A stretch of DNA of 32,000 nt, taken from Thermococcus kodakarensis KOD1. Lineage in GTDB: Archaea > Methanobacteriota_B > Thermococci > Thermococcales > Thermococcaceae. The stretch spans positions 1,890,001 through 1,922,000 of the forward strand of contig NC_006624.1 in assembly GCF_000009965.1 (NCBI RefSeq), read 5' to 3'. Both the position numbers and the translations under genes were made by a program. The notes under the pieces are model-generated. The model was given only the letters and a program-made list of their open reading frames with translations. It was not told where the DNA came from and made no database searches. Shown piece by piece: positions 17,491-25,615 of this stretch. How positions within the stretch are numbered: position 1 is the first letter of the stretch; each line of letters starts with the position of its first letter.

Positions 17491-18813
17491 CTATCTCATC
17501 GAGAGCCACTTCAGTGCCCTCGCCGCTCTCTCGGGCGTCGGGAAGTTTTTAATGCCGTGCTCATCGAGGAGTTCGACACCTTCCTTAACCAGCTCGCCCG
17601 CCATGAAGTTCACTATCACTGGCTTGTCGCACTCTGCCTCTATAACTGCCCTCGCTATCTCCTCGCTTGGTATGAATATCGGCGGCACGCAGATAACGAG
17701 GAGTGCATCAACGTTCTCATCCTTGCAGACGACCTCGATAGTCTTCCTATAGCGCTCGTAGTCCGCATCTGCTATCAGGTCTATCGGGTTCTTCAATGAG
17801 CACTGAGGGGGAAGGAAGGAGCGGAGCTCCTCGACCGTTTTCTCCTCCAGCTTCGCTATCTCAAGTCCGAGCCTCTCGAGCTTGTCGGTTGCCAGAACAC
17901 CCGGCCCCCCGGAGTTAGTGATAACGGCCACGCGCTTTCCAGCTCTCTGGTACATTTCGAAGGCCTTCGCCGCGTCGAACAGCTCCTCCATCTCCTCGAC
18001 CTCTATCGCTCCCGCCTGCTTGAACGCCGCGCGGTAGATTTCATAACTCCCAGCCAGAGAGCCAGTGTGGGATGCTGCTGCTTTGGCGCCGCTTGCGCTC
18101 TTTCCAGCCTTGAGAACTATGATAGGCTTCTTCGATGAAGCGTAGCGGAGCGCGTTAAGGAAGCGTCTCCCGTCCTTCACTCCCTCGATGTAGAGGGCTA
18201 TCGCCTTGGTATTTTCGTCATCGGCAAAGTACTCTAAAAAATCGCTCTCGTTTAGGTCAGCAGCGTTTCCGTAGGAGACGAAGGCGGAAAAGCCGATCCT
18301 TTCGTCGTTTCCCATTGCCAACGCCGCCCCGCCGAAGGCGCCGCTTTGGCTGATCAATGCCAGTCCACCGGGCTTAACGCGAACCTCGAAGGAGCCGAAG
18401 AACTTCCCGTGAACACCGAAGATGCCCGCGCAGTTCGGCCCTATCAGCCTTACGCCGTGCTTCCTCGCTTTCTTCACAAGCTCCCTCTCCAGCTCCTCGT
18501 TGCCGACCTCAGAAAATCCCGCCGAGATAACCACGGCACCCTTGATGAGCGGCCCTATCTCGTCAATCAACGCAGGGACGATTTTGGCTGGAACCGCTAT
18601 TATGGCCGTATCAACTTGCTCGTCCAGCTTCTCCCTGATTTCGAAGGTTTTACCGCTCACTTCAACGGTTCCACCCTTTGGGTTCACTGGAATTATCTTC
18701 CCCTTAAAGCCCCCTTCGACAATGTTCCTCAGGATTTCGTAGGCTATAGCCCCCTTCTTGAACGAGCCGAAGACCGCGACGCTCTTCGGGTAGAAAAAGA
18801 AGTCTAGGCTCAT
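17491..18813 (-). CDS. ADP-forming acyl/acetyl-CoA synthetase, alpha subunit (no adjacent beta subunit)
   Basis: It has a CoA-binding N-terminus (SVAVFGSF), the ligase-CoA domain and the phosphohistidine loop ASHTGSLAG. ATG 18813 is preferred (440 aa) because the track GTG 18825 lies in the GGTGGTGAGG SD. Confidence 0.85.
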   Translation of the reverse strand: MSLDFFFYPKSVAVFGSFKKGAIAYEILRNIVEGGFKGKIIPVNPKGGTVEVSGKTFEIREKLDEQVDTAIIAVPAKIVPALIDEIGPLIKGAVVISAGFSEVGNEELERELVKKARKHGVRLIGPNCAGIFGVHGKFFGSFEVRVKPGGLALISQSGAFGGAALAMGNDERIGFSAFVSYGNAADLNESDFLEYFADDENTKAIALYIEGVKDGRRFLNALRYASSKKPIIVLKAGKSASGAKAAASHTGSLAGSYEIYRAAFKQAGAIEVEEMEELFDAAKAFEMYQRAGKRVAVITNSGGPGVLATDKLERLGLEIAKLEEKTVEELRSFLPPQCSLKNPIDLIADADYERYRKTIEVVCKDENVDALLVICVPPIFIPSEEIARAVIEAECDKPVIVNFMAGELVKEGVELLDEHGIKNFPTPERAARALKWLSMR

Positions 18814-18880
18814 CCTCACCACCACTTACCGTTTTCAGCGGGACAAAAAAGCTTATTGGTCTGCATGAGTAAGTAGGACC

Positions 18881-20091
<1,211 letters not shown>

Positions 20092-20095
20092 GGCC

Positions 20096-20103
20096 TCTTT
20101 TTC
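20096..20103 (+). terminator. T5 tract after tpiA
   Basis: ctctttttcc with T5 at 20098-20102, 7 nt after the TGA stop. Confidence 0.4.
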
Positions 20104-20130
20104 CAAACTTTTGCACTGTTTTGTAGTCTT

Positions 20131-20142
20131 AAAGTTTATAAG
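20131..20142 (+). promoter_or_regulatory. BRE/TATA (aaagtttataag) for tRNA-Gln
   Basis: The TATA centre is about 31 nt upstream of tRNA position 1 (20169). Confidence 0.55.
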
Positions 20143-20168
20143 CCAAAACTCGGGTCTCTCTATCGGGC

Positions 20169-20244
20169 AGCCCCGTGGTGTAGCGGCCAAGCATGCGGGA
20201 CTTTGGATCCCGCGACCCGGGTTCGAATCCCGGCGGGGCTACCA
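20169..20244 (+). tRNA. tRNA-Gln (anticodon UUG), CCA encoded
   Basis: Hand-folded cloverleaf. Acceptor AGCCCCG/CGGGGCT, anticodon stem CGGGA/TCCCG with loop CTTTGGA (anticodon TTG), T arm CCGGG-TTCGAAT-CCCGG, discriminator A, then CCA at 20242-20244. Confidence 0.9.
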
Positions 20245-20270
20245 GTACAGCCCTTTCTTGCGAAAGCGCT

Positions 20271-20404
20271 GGCGGAAAGTTGGTATGCTCTTTTAAACAG
20301 GCTCGTTTTATGGGGGGTTTTACTTACCAATCTGCTGATTCAAAAGGATTTTATCACCGCATAGTGCCCGAAGGGCACTAAAAAGAAAGTCAAAATCACA
20401 ATTA
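20271..20404. repeat. Conserved core of tandem repeat, copy 1 (134 nt)
   Basis: It matches 20793-20925 with 8 differences by hand alignment (about 94%). It contains TTTTAAAC (20291-20298), a G6 run and the hairpin AGTGCCC-GAA-GGGCACT (20363-20379). Confidence 0.9.
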
Positions 20405-20503
20405 ATAAGAGGTTTTGAGAGTAAAACCCATGCAAAGTTGCTTTCTGGAAAGAGCATACGCTCCTCAATAAGCAAAGTTCGAGAAGAAGGGCACACTTTT
20501 GGT

Positions 20504-20524
20504 CAAGCTTTTTCCAAAAGCTTG
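20504..20524. repeat. Palindromic hairpin CAAGCTTTT-tcc-AAAAGCTTG (copy 1 of 3)
   Basis: Perfect 9-bp inverted repeat preceded by the conserved ACTTTTGGT. Related copies are at 20733-20753 and 21024-21044. Confidence 0.85.
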
Positions 20525-20627
20525 AAGGGCAAAGTTTCATCAAAGAGCGAATGTCCTTTTTAAACTGCTGGGTTTCAGTGATTCTCACCATAAATTGGGC
20601 AATCCTCAAGGGTTTACTCACAATATA

Positions 20628-20645
20628 ACGCCCCGAAGGGCGTTA
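20628..20645. repeat. GC hairpin AACGCCC-cgaa-GGGCGTT of repeat unit 2
   Basis: Perfect 7-bp stem followed by an A-rich run. It is position-equivalent to 20363-20379, 20883-20899 and 21174-21190. Confidence 0.8.
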
Positions 20646-20732
20646 AAAAAGAAAACCCGCATTACTCCGCCCCTCTATCAAGAGAATCTAATCGCATCAA
20701 GCCAACATCAAGAAGACATTCAAACTTTTGGT

Positions 20733-20753
20733 GAAGCTTTTTCTAAAAGCTTC
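20733..20753. repeat. Palindromic hairpin GAAGCTTTT-tct-AAAAGCTTC (copy 2 of 3)
   Basis: Same hairpin as 20504-20524, but the closing pair has switched from C..G to G..C on both arms (a compensatory change). Confidence 0.85.
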
Positions 20754-20792
20754 AGCGCCGCTTTCACTATCGTTCAAGCGTCCTTGACGGAT

Positions 20793-20925
20793 GGCGGAAA
20801 GTTGGTATGCTTTTTTAAACAGGCTCGTTTTATGGGGGGTTTACTTTCAATTGGCTGATTCAAAAGGATTTTATCACCGTATAGTGCCCGAAGGGCACTA
20901 AAAAGAAAGTCAAAAATCACAATTA
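20793..20925. repeat. Conserved core of tandem repeat, copy 2 (133 nt)
   Basis: Partner of 20271-20404, offset by 522 nt. It contains TTTTTTAAAC (20811-20820) and the hairpin at 20883-20899. Confidence 0.9.
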
Positions 20926-21023
20926 GCGGGAAGATTTTGGAATTAAACCCGCGTGAACTTGCTTCCTGGTGGAAGCATGCACTTCCCAACAACAAGTTCA
21001 AGGGGGAAGGAAACATTTTTGGT

Positions 21024-21044
21024 CAAGCTTTTCCTAAAAGCTTG
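21024..21044. repeat. Palindromic hairpin CAAGCTTTT-cct-AAAAGCTTG (copy 3 of 3)
   Basis: Perfect 9-bp inverted repeat preceded by ATTTTTGGT. Confidence 0.85.
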
Positions 21045-21173
21045 CTGGCGAAGTTTGATCAAGGTTCGTAGCTCTTTTTTTAGAATCCTAATCCATCGTG
21101 ATTTTCCAATTCAAATGGCTTTTTGAAAGTGAGAACCCTTAACACCCTGTCAACTCGTGTTTAACTCTAAATC

Positions 21174-21190
21174 GACGCCCTTTGGGCGTC
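21174..21190. repeat. GC hairpin GACGCCC-ttt-GGGCGTC of repeat unit 4
   Basis: Perfect 7-bp stem followed by the A-rich aaagaaaagaaaac, as in units 1-3. Confidence 0.75.
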
Positions 21191-21311
21191 AAAGAAAAGA
21201 AAACACCCTTTTTTCAAGAAGTTTCCTATAAAGGTTCCACTCAAAAATGAGCACTTGCAGTCCAAAATCCTGAATAAAAAGCCACCTCAAAGAAGAGCTA
21301 CAAACTTTGAT

Positions 21312-21333
21312 GAAACTTTGCTTGCAAAGTTTC
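21312..21333. repeat. Palindrome GAAACTTTGC-tt-GCAAAGTTTC just upstream of the cobA-like promoter
   Basis: Perfect 10-bp inverted repeat. 21304-21320 (ctttgatgaaactttgc), which overlaps its left arm, is the reverse complement of gcaaagtttcatcaaag at 20529-20545. Confidence 0.8.
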
Positions 21334-21341
21334 TTGGCAAA

Positions 21342-21350
21342 CATATAAAA
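21342..21350 (+). promoter_or_regulatory. TATA-like box (catataaaa) for the cobA-like gene
   Basis: It lies 33 nt upstream of ATG 21383. Confidence 0.4.
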
Positions 21351-21382
21351 GGAGCTGGAGATTATGTCCAACGGTGAAAACA

Positions 21383-21910
21383 ATGAGCTGGAAGGACAGA
21401 CTTGGTTTGATTCACATCTACACTGGCAACGGAAAGGGAAAGACCACGGCTGCGTTTGGACTCGCTGTAAGGATGCTCGGTTCAGGTGGAAAGGTTGCCA
21501 TAGTGCAATTCATGAAAGCTCCCAAGGTCTATGGAGAGCAGAAGAAGATAGAGGAGTGCGGAGCCCTCATTGAGTCCTTTGGTTTGCCCGGCTTTGTTCA
21601 CGGAAAACCCAGCGAGGATGACATAAAAGCTGCAAAACGGGCACTTGAAAGAGCGAAGGAGCTGGTGTCAAGCGGCGAGTGGGATCTCGTTATTCTCGAT
21701 GAGGTTTGCGTCGCCCTCGGCTTTGGAATGCTCGGTGTTGAGGAAGTTAAGGAAGTGATAAAGAACAAAGCTGAAAACACCGAACTCGTTCTCACTGGGA
21801 GATACTGCCCGGAGGAGCTTTTTGAGCTGGCCGACTACGTGACCGAGATGAGGGAAGTTAAGCACCCGTACCAGAGAGGGATCCTGGCGAGGCGCGGTGT
21901 TGAATATTGA
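21383..21910 (+). CDS. cobO: Cob(I)yrinic acid a,c-diamide / cob(I)alamin adenosyltransferase (CobA/CobO/BtuR family)
   Basis: P-loop YTGNGKGKTTAAFGLAVR plus VQFMK and ILDE motifs. ATG 21383 is 5 nt after GGTGA (21373-21377), and the track GTG 21374 is inside the SD. Confidence 0.85.
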   Translation: MSWKDRLGLIHIYTGNGKGKTTAAFGLAVRMLGSGGKVAIVQFMKAPKVYGEQKKIEECGALIESFGLPGFVHGKPSEDDIKAAKRALERAKELVSSGEWDLVILDEVCVALGFGMLGVEEVKEVIKNKAENTELVLTGRYCPEELFELADYVTEMREVKHPYQRGILARRGVEY

Positions 21911-21928
21911 TTTCGACAATTGACCGAA

Positions 21929-21951
21929 AAGCTTTTTAGTTAGTAAAGCTT
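21929..21951 (+). terminator. AAGCTTT-ttagttagt-AAAGCTT hairpin with T5 run after the cobA-like stop
   Basis: A 7-bp inverted repeat starts 19 nt after TGA 21908-21910, with T5 at 21933-21937. It has the same AAGCTTTT flavour as the three upstream palindromes. Confidence 0.4.
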
Positions 21952-22014
21952 AAGATAAGCCGAGGGAGTTTTAGTTACAATTTTTTATTAAAGAAGCGAA
22001 GGGGGTGAGGAGAG

Positions 22015-22266
22015 ATGAGCGAGCTTATCCAGCAGATTGTGCAGGTTCTCAAGGAGCAGGTCGTTCAGGACACCGTCGTCCCGAGGAACATTAGGAGGGC
22101 CGCCGAGCAGGCCATCGAGGTTCTCCTCGATGAGAGCCGCGACCCGGCCGTTAGGGCCGCCGATGCTATAGCCATCCTTGAAGAAATCAGCGAAGACCCG
22201 AACATGCCGATGCACACGAGGACCATAATCTGGGAAGTTCTCGGTGCCCTTGAGCAGGTCAAGTGA
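22015..22266 (+). CDS. Small conserved helical protein, UPF0147-like
   Basis: 83 aa, acidic and predicted all-helical. It has a strong SD (GGGGGTGAGGAGAG) before ATG 22015. The family name is from memory only. Confidence 0.6.
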   Translation: MSELIQQIVQVLKEQVVQDTVVPRNIRRAAEQAIEVLLDESRDPAVRAADAIAILEEISEDPNMPMHTRTIIWEVLGALEQVK

Positions 22267-22284
22267 GCCTTTGATTTTTTCCGC

Positions 22285-22839
22285 TCATTTCCTGCTCAGA
22301 TACCACAGCTTTGCGCTTTCTTCCACGAGTTCAGCCTTGTAGAACGCTTCTCTAAGGCTTCTTCCAACGGTCACAATCCCGTGCCTCTCCATAAGAACCG
22401 CGTCCGCTTCCCTGATTTTTTCAGCCACAACTTCTGCCAGTTCTTCGGTTCCGGCCGGTCTGAAAGGTGCTATCGGAATCTTACCAAGGTATATCTCGGC
22501 CTCTGGAGTGAGTATTGGGAGCTCTCCAGTGAGCAGTGCGGAAGCAACTATCGAGTACGGCGGGTGCAGGTGGGCGATGGCCTTAACGTCGGGTCTTTCC
22601 CGGTAGACTGCAAGGTGCAGGCGGTATTCTGAAGAGGGTTTAACGCCGCTTATCTGTCTTCCGTCGAGGGCAACTACAGCGACCTGCTCCGGAGTCATCT
22701 CGTCCATCACGGAGCCGGTGGCCTTGATGAAGACCAGATCCCCAACTCTTATGCTCAAGTTTCCACCGAATGCCGCAGTCAGGCCCCTCTCGTGGGCTTT
22801 TCTGGAGTACTTCACAAGCTGGGCTTTTGCAGTTCTCAT
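22285..22839 (-). CDS. Class II aldolase/adducin-family protein (FucA / MtnB / ribulose-5-P-epimerase-like)
   Basis: Motifs are GGNLSIR, the SSEYRLH...IAHLHPPY zinc-binding His pattern and MERHGIVTVG. ATG 22839 overlaps the TGA of the upstream gene (ATGA), giving 184 aa. The track extension to 22953 lies inside the upstream CDS. Confidence 0.8.
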   Translation of the reverse strand: MRTAKAQLVKYSRKAHERGLTAAFGGNLSIRVGDLVFIKATGSVMDEMTPEQVAVVALDGRQISGVKPSSEYRLHLAVYRERPDVKAIAHLHPPYSIVASALLTGELPILTPEAEIYLGKIPIAPFRPAGTEELAEVVAEKIREADAVLMERHGIVTVGRSLREAFYKAELVEESAKLWYLSRK

Positions 22840-23414
22840 TCTTCCACCACCTTCACTCCGTAGCCGCAGTCCAGGCAGATGGCCTTCTTCCCTCTCCATG
22901 ATAGTTCGCCACCGCAGATCGGACAAACGTCGAGCTTTCCACTCTCTTTCCACCTCTGGAGGGTGTCCTTGTCGATTACGAGGTAAATCCCATCTTCCTC
23001 TTCTCTGAAGTCCCCGAAGACGGGGGCACTCTCAAGCTCCCCACTCTCGAGGCTGATTATTGCAGGCTCGACTCCAATGTTCCCCTCGTACTCTATGTCG
23101 TTCGCGGGGAGAACTTCGAGAATGAGGGCGTTGAGCTTTCTGTCGTGGTAGGCAATGACCTCAAGAGCGTCGCTGACCTCTCCGGTCGCGGGTATTACAT
23201 CAATCACAAGGCTCTCACGGGGGAATACCAAAACAACAACGTCCTGGTTTCTCAGGAGCGCGAGTCCCTTCCCGGAGTAGAGCTCCTCAAGTCCAAGCTC
23301 TTTCAAGATTGTCTTCACTTCGTCGCCGCTCGGGAGGGACTTCTTCTCCAGCATTATCTTTTCAAGCCTGTAAGCGAGAGGAATGGCAACCGTTACTGGG
23401 TCGTAGGCCCTCAT
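22836..23414 (-). CDS. Conserved hypothetical protein with C-terminal zinc ribbon
   Basis: 192 aa with C-terminal CPICGG-x11-CLDCG (four Cys). SD GGTGA lies 4 nt upstream of ATG 23414. It is translationally coupled to the aldolase-family gene. Confidence 0.6.
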   Translation of the reverse strand: MRAYDPVTVAIPLAYRLEKIMLEKKSLPSGDEVKTILKELGLEELYSGKGLALLRNQDVVVLVFPRESLVIDVIPATGEVSDALEVIAYHDRKLNALILEVLPANDIEYEGNIGVEPAIISLESGELESAPVFGDFREEEDGIYLVIDKDTLQRWKESGKLDVCPICGGELSWRGKKAICLDCGYGVKVVEE

Positions 23415-23444
23415 GTTCTCACCGAGCTGAAAATGAGAGAAAAA

Positions 23445-23452
23445 TTTATAAA
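23445..23452. promoter_or_regulatory. Palindromic TATA box TTTATAAA between the divergent Zn-ribbon gene and tRNA-Tyr
   Basis: It lies 40 nt upstream of tRNA-Tyr position 1 and 31 nt from ATG 23414 on the other strand. It is flanked by A-rich BRE-like sequence on the plus strand. Confidence 0.45.
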
Positions 23453-23491
23453 CCTACTCCAGCGATTATGGAACGGGTTGCCCAGTAGGGT

Positions 23492-23569
23492 CCCGCGGTA
23501 GCCTAGCCTGGGAGTGGCGGCGGACTGTAGATCCGCAGGTCCCCGGTTCAAATCCGGGCCGCGGGACCA
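23492..23569 (+). tRNA. tRNA-Tyr (anticodon GUA), CCA encoded
   Basis: Hand-folded. Acceptor CCCGCGG/CCGCGGG with the archaeal Tyr identity pair C1-G72, anticodon stem GCGGA/TCCGC with loop CTGTAGA, T arm CCCGG-TTCAAAT-CCGGG, discriminator A, then CCA at 23567-23569. Confidence 0.9.
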
Positions 23570-23750
23570 CCAGAATTCTTCTATGGTTCTCAACGTTGCC
23601 AATTCCGTTTTTAAGAAGTCTCCCAAGCTGTTTGGTTCTGTGTGCTTTTAGCAGGATGATTAACCTGCACTGCGGAGTATAAAACACTTAATCATAAGCG
23701 GAATTGGTGAAATTAATGCTGTAGAACGAGAAAAGAGAAAAGAAAGGTTC

Positions 23751-24176
23751 TCACTTCATCTTCTCGAGGATGATCGCCGGGCAGACCTTCGTAACGCCGT
23801 CAATTCTTCCTATCTTCTCTGAGATTATCTCAGAAAGGTGCTCTCCGTCCCTGGCCCATACCTCGGCCATTATCATGTGGTCGCCGCTGGTCAGGTAGAC
23901 ATGCTTGACGAAGTCGAACTCCTTGAGCTTGTTGGCCACCTCGAATATCTTCTCCGGCTTCGTGTCTACTCCAGTAATGCTGACCAGGTTGTAGCCAAGC
24001 TTCGCTGGGTCAACGACGATCGTGTACTGCTTTATTACCCCGGCTTCTTCTAGGGCCTTGACCCTCTTTCTCACGGCCGTTTCGCTTATCCCAAGTACCT
24101 TGGCTATCTCGGCGAATGGTGTTCGGGCATCCTTGGTGAGCATCTCAAGTATAATCTTGTCCCTCTCGTCTAACAT
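23751..24176 (-). CDS. Lrp/AsnC-family transcriptional regulator
   Basis: 141 aa with [46 protein letters not shown] plus a RAM domain. SD AGGTGGTGA lies upstream. Confidence 0.88.
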   Translation of the reverse strand: MLDERDKIILEMLTKDARTPFAEIAKVLGISETAVRKRVKALEEAGVIKQYTIVVDPAKLGYNLVSITGVDTKPEKIFEVANKLKEFDFVKHVYLTSGDHMIMAEVWARDGEHLSEIISEKIGRIDGVTKVCPAIILEKMK

Positions 24177-24245
24177 AATCTCACCACCTAAGTTTCAAAT
24201 ACGCACTAATCCTTTATTAAGGTATCGGATTTTTTGGTTTATTAT

Positions 24246-25505
24246 TCAAACTTTTCTGAGTTTGAGGACTGCCTCAACGTGGGGCGTGTGCGGAAACATG
24301 TCGAGGCCAACGGCCTCTTCAATCTTGTAGCCTTCCGAGAGCTCTTTGAGGTTTTGGGAGAGAGTCTTTGGATTGCAGGACACGTAAACGAGGGTCTCAG
24401 GCCTGTCTTTTAAGATTTTCCTAACGAGCTTGGGGTGGAGGCCAGCCCTGGGAGGATCAACTACCACTGTGTCATATTCGGAGAGGCTGTTAACGTCTTT
24501 GTCCTCACCAACGCGGAATTCTGCATCAACTCCGTTAATCTGGGCGTTTTTCTTTGCCATCTCAACCGCGAACGGGTTTATCTCGATGCCCTCAACTTTG
24601 AAACCCCTCTTCGCAAGATAGATTCCGAACGTCCCAACGCCGGAGTAGAGGTCGAGAACCTTCTCACCTTCCACCAGCTCGGCCACTTTTCGGACGAGGT
24701 TAACGGCCTGGTAGCTGTTCGTCTGGAAGAAGCTGTTTGGGTGGATTAGATAAGTGACGTCGTCGAGCTTCTCCCTTATGAAGGGCTCACCCCAGTACCT
24801 CTCTACATCTCCGTAAGAGACGTCGCTCTCGGTCCTGTTCACGCTCCAGTAGATGGAAGTTGCGTACGGGAAGTATTCTGGAAAGCTCTCTGGGAGTTTG
24901 CCCTCCGAAGTTACGAGGTTCACCATGAGTTCGCCCGTGAACTTGCCCTCTCTCATGACGATGTATCTCAGAAAGCCCGCGTTCTTCCTTATCTCGTACA
25001 AAGTCGGCTTTTCGTCTTCTATGAATTCCCTCAGGGACTTCAGAACCTTTCGGCTTGTCTTTCCAAAAACGGGGCATTCCTCAATGTCAACGGCATCCCA
25101 CCATGTTCCGTATCTCCTGAACCCTATTCCCCCTGTGCTTATAACGACGTCTATCCTGTTTCTGTGGCCATAGATTACAGGGGACGGGATTACATCAACG
25201 TCCGTCCCGATATACCTGGAGAGCTTCTCACTCTTGAACTCTATTTGCTTCTCGTAGGGGAGATGCTGAAGAAGACAGCCGCCACATACGCCAAAGTACG
25301 GGCATTTTGGTTCAGTCCTGATCGGGGACTCTTCTATAACCTTAAAATCCGTCGCTATCAGCTTTTTCTTTTTCCTCCTCCAGCGCGCAACTTCCACTAC
25401 ATCGCCCGGAGCGGTGTACGGGACGAGGATCTCCCTTCTACTAGCCCTGATTGTCCCAAGCCCCTCGTCGCTGAGCCTTTCTATTGTTCCCCTTATCACG
25501 CTCAT
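24246..25505 (-). CDS. RNA (uracil-5)-methyltransferase, RumA/TrmA family with TRAM domain and [4Fe-4S] site
   Basis: It has a TRAM-like N-terminus, the cluster motif CPYFGVCGGC, SAM motif VLDLYSGVGTFG and the catalytic VSCNP. The tRNA m5U54 and 23S m5U paralogues cannot be told apart by eye. ATG 25505 lies 22 nt from a TTTATAAA box, so the mRNA is likely leaderless. The track start at 25568 would include that promoter. Confidence 0.85.
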   Translation of the reverse strand: MSVIRGTIERLSDEGLGTIRASRREILVPYTAPGDVVEVARWRRKKKKLIATDFKVIEESPIRTEPKCPYFGVCGGCLLQHLPYEKQIEFKSEKLSRYIGTDVDVIPSPVIYGHRNRIDVVISTGGIGFRRYGTWWDAVDIEECPVFGKTSRKVLKSLREFIEDEKPTLYEIRKNAGFLRYIVMREGKFTGELMVNLVTSEGKLPESFPEYFPYATSIYWSVNRTESDVSYGDVERYWGEPFIREKLDDVTYLIHPNSFFQTNSYQAVNLVRKVAELVEGEKVLDLYSGVGTFGIYLAKRGFKVEGIEINPFAVEMAKKNAQINGVDAEFRVGEDKDVNSLSEYDTVVVDPPRAGLHPKLVRKILKDRPETLVYVSCNPKTLSQNLKELSEGYKIEEAVGLDMFPHTPHVEAVLKLRKV

Positions 25506-25526
25506 GGCCACAATTTTGAGCACCGT

Positions 25527-25534
25527 TTTATAAA
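25527..25534. promoter_or_regulatory. Palindromic TATA box TTTATAAA for the m5U methyltransferase gene
   Basis: It lies 22 nt upstream (minus strand) of ATG 25505. Confidence 0.5.
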
Positions 25535-25615
25535 TCTGCCGAGCTGACGATTCGACAAAAGTGTTCACAGAAGGTTTATTTAGGTCTCCAACGTAGTATT
25601 ATTGGTGCCGGGTTC

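Noticed and set aside
20352-20369. Thermococcales glycolytic motif (TGM, TATCAC-N5-GTGATA) in the repeat core
   Set aside because: Only the first half-site (TATCAC, 20352-20357) matches. The second half reads GTGCCC at N6 spacing and is part of the GC hairpin. It also lies downstream of tpiA, not at a promoter.
20111-20381. Track ORFs overlapping tRNA-Gln (20111..20296, 20193..20381), and likewise 23411..23626 and 23466..23687 overlapping tRNA-Tyr
   Set aside because: These sequences fold into canonical cloverleaves with encoded CCA. The ORFs are artefacts of translating structured RNA genes.
20959-20977. ORB-like origin recognition box (ttgcttcctggtggaagca resembles TCCAGTGGAAA-type mini-ORBs)
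   Set aside because: The core differs (TCCACCAGGA vs TCCAGTGGA). There is a single good copy, and no orc1/cdc6 gene or AT-rich unwinding element flanked by inverted ORBs in the window.
20271-21340. Possible CRISPR array
   Set aside because: The repeat periods are about 260 and 522 nt rather than about 60-75 nt. The units are long and degenerate rather than short identical repeats separated by unique spacers. No cas genes or leader are present in the window.
20169-21373. Integrated virus or plasmid remnant at tRNA-Gln
   Set aside because: Archaeal integrases target tRNA genes. But I see no integrase fragment, no other element gene, and no second copy of the tRNA-Gln 3' half (gggttcgaatcccggcggggct) anywhere in the 32 kb that could be an attR. 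This cannot be fully excluded without a genome-wide search.
20340-21383. Small minus-strand ORFs inside the repeat region (20340..20621, 20774..21016, 21189..21383)
   Set aside because: The conserved 134-nt core is read in different frames in the two copies because of single-nucleotide indels. The ORFs also have no SD or start context and give hydrophobic low-complexity products, so the repeat conservation is not protein-coding.
23640-23700. C/D-box sRNA candidate (ATGATTA ... TTAATCAT ... CTGTAG) between tRNA-Tyr and the Lrp gene
   Set aside because: The boxes deviate from RUGAUGA and CUGA. There is no C'/D' pair at the proper 12-nt guide spacing. The ATGATTAA/TTAATCAT pair is just an 8-nt inverted repeat.
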